Below, piece after piece: positions 31,401-33,506 of a stretch of 33,506 nucleotides of DNA. The notes below the pieces were generated by a model, which saw only the letters and a program-made list of their open reading frames with translations, did not search any database and was not told the origin of the DNA. Numbering within the stretch: the stretch's first letter is position 1; each line of letters begins with the position of its first letter. A program made the position numbers and the translations under genes. The stretch is from Guillardia theta CCMP2712 (lineage: Eukaryota > Protista > Cryptophyta): NCBI RefSeq assembly GCF_000315625.1, contig NW_005434390.1, positions 1-33,506 on the forward strand, read 5' to 3'.

Positions 31401-33352
31401 AGCTTCCTGGAGGAAGCAGGACGCAGGTAAAGGATGAGGGCGGTGCAGGATTTAAGGGGGGAGGAGCATGAAGGAGTGAGGGAGTGAGGGAGTGAGGGAG
31501 TGAGGGAGTGAGGGAGTGAGGGAGTGAGGGAGTGAGGGAGTGAGGGAGTGAGGGAGTGAGGGAGTGAGGGAGTGAGGGAGAGCTTGGAGGGTGAAAGAGA
31601 CCAATGCAGAATCAACGAAGTTAGAGGGATCAAGGAAAGAATGAGAGTAGGTGAAGGAGGAGGGAAGGTGGGAGGGGAGAGGAGGGAGGAGAGTGTGTGG
31701 TAATCGAACTCGGCAGATTGGGTTTGTCACGTTCGACTCGAGCTTTCACTTCTACTGCCTTAAGAGCTCCCTGCAAGAACCTCAGATGCTCTGCGTGGCT
31801 GGTCTGTCTCCTCCCCCTCCCCCTTCCTCCTCCCTACCTTCAAGGAGAATTCTTTGCGCTCTCTCCCAATTGTTCTCCCCACATCTCCCCTTCATCCGCG
31901 CCTACGTCCTCCCCTTCCCCCGTCTCCTTCCTCTTAACCCCCCCCCCCCCAATCCTGTGTCGCTGCCTTCATTTCTTCCTCTGATGTTTGTTTCAGACTT
32001 GGATGACCCCTTCCTCCCTCTTCCTTCTGAGTTGCTTGTCAACCTGGTGGACAGCAGGGAGCAGGTATATTTTACTCTCCTCCCTCCTCCTCCTTTTGGC
32101 TCCCCCCTTGGTTTTCTCTGTCCTCATCCCCTTCCTCTCCTCCTGCCTCAACCTCCTCCTTCACTTGGCACTCAAACCTCCCGCAGGTCGAGTCTCTCCT
32201 CCGCAAGCTCCCAAGCATGTTTAGCGCCACTGTCAACCCAGACTCTGCATTCTATCCTGCGTTGCAGGTGGGCAGGAGGACGAAGCGGAGGGAGAGAAGA
32301 AGAGAGGAAGAGGAGGAAGGATAGAAGAAGAGAGGAGGAAGAGGAGGAGGAAGGAGGACGAGGAACCAACTCCTACCTGCGACTGGCAGGACAGAGTGCA
32401 GACTCAAAGATGGTGAAGTATGGGTTGAGGCGACACAGAGGAAGATCGGATTTGGAGACTCCCTCCTCTCTCATCCCTGCTCGTCCTCACCTCTCCTGCA
32501 GCCCACCGTTCGTCCTCGGGAGGACACGAGCCTTCTTGGCAGCGAGCATGAGGCGAAGATTCTGAACCCAGCCAACGACGTGCTCAAGCCACCTGCGACA
32601 TGGACAAGTCCTTCTCCTGCGACCTCATGCATGAAGAGCAGAACCTGACATGCTCCCACGTCTGCATCCAGGTGCTCCCCCCCCCCCTTCCCCCTCTTCC
32701 CTCCTTGCTCCTGCTCCCTCCTGCACCTCCTGCACCTCCTCCTGCTTCTCCTGCTCCTCCCTCCTCCTGCTCCTGCTCCTCTTCCTGATCCTGCTCTCGG
32801 TCCCTCTCTCGGTCCCGCACACTCTCTCGCTCGTGCTCCTTCACTTGCTTTCGATGCCGTCCCTCCCCTCTCTCTTCTCCTCTTCCCCTTCCTTGCTGAT
32901 GACCTCTACCTTACAGAGTGCTCTTCTCTACACAACCTCGGACGGCGAGAGGAGGATACGCGTTCATAACCTCAACGTCCCCGTCACGCAGGTCAACCTC
33001 CTTCCTCCTCCTCCTGCGATCGTTTGCCTGACTCTTTCTCCTCCCCCCTGCTACTGCCCCTCCTACAACAGAACTTCGTGGACCTCTACAGCACCATCGA
33101 TGTGCCCACTACCATGAACTCTCTCCTCAAGTCTGCGGTCGAGCAGGTTAGCCCCTAGGTGTTTGCAATGGAGTTGATACTGACTCCTCCTCCTCCTCCT
33201 CCTCCTCCTCCTCCTCCTCCTCCTCCTCCTCCTCCTCCTCTCATTTCCTCGCACCCTCCTCTTCCTCATCAGGCGCAGAACACCAAGCTGATTGATGCTC
33301 GAAGCAAGATTCAGAGCGCTTGCGTGCAGTCCCTCCGAGCTCATCGGTTGAT
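28417..33352 (+). CDS. SEC24: COPII coat protein Sec24 (continues beyond the window; apparent internal deletion)
   Basis: Pro/Gln/Gly-rich N-terminus; zinc finger [14 protein letters not shown]...[11 protein letters not shown]; [34 protein letters not shown]; trunk [23 protein letters not shown]; beta-sandwich [19 protein letters not shown]. Many short exons with GT-AG introns. Confidence 0.93.
28981..29340 (+). repeat. Coding minisatellite (21/24-nt units, G(G/S)M(A)PPP(T/M)) in the Sec24 N-terminus
   Basis: Roughly 15 visible tandem units of GGAAGCATGGCTCCTCCTCCTAC / GGAGGTATGCCTCCTCCTAC. Confidence 0.9.
31473..31579. repeat. (GGAGTGAG)n intronic octamer repeat
   Basis: About 13 tandem units within a Sec24 intron. 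Confidence 0.92.
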
Positions 33353-33430
33353 GTGAGTCCTCCTGCTTGTACTGCTCCTCCTCTCCTCGTCCCCTTGTCT
33401 TGTTCTTGTGACCTCCCCTCCCCTCTCCTC

Positions 33431-33506
33431 CTCTTGCTCTTGCTCTTGCTCTTGCTCTTGCTCTTGCTCTTGCTCTTGCTCTTGCTCTTGCTCTTGCTCT
33501 TGCTCT
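33431..33506. repeat. (CTCTTG)n intronic microsatellite
   Basis: Tandem units running to the window end. Confidence 0.92.

Noticed and set aside
31473-31579. (GAGGGAGT)n as a telomeric repeat
   Set aside because: It lies within a Sec24 intron and does not match TTAGGG/TTTAGGG-type repeats.

Overview
Eukaryotic nuclear DNA: intron-rich genes, introns filled with microsatellites, and two assembly gaps (12894-13423, 16403-16696). The style suggests an alga or protist, possibly a cryptophyte (inference only). Housekeeping-type genes: reticulon (-), a PDZ protein (+), V-ATPase subunit H (-) and Sec24 (+, runs off the right end and appears to lack internal segments). Accessory content: a 1.54-kb non-autonomous Copia-type LTR element (identical LTR cores, PBS, PPT, 5-bp TSD), a coiled-coil/HNH-like nuclease gene, and a secreted LRR protein. 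The most notable content is two paralogous multi-pass membrane proteins carrying RelA/SpoT-synthetase-like nucleotidyltransferase domains. One is TIR-like + SAM-like + ~6TM + synthetase. The other is a tandem 6TM-synthetase-6TM-synthetase protein, laid out like animal transmembrane adenylyl cyclases, with a degenerate first and intact-looking second domain. These may be a receptor-coupled nucleotide-messenger signalling or immune system. Intergenic regions repeatedly hold GC-rich, palindrome-dense islands flanked by C/G-run tracts. All domain calls are by-eye motif recognition; no searches were run.
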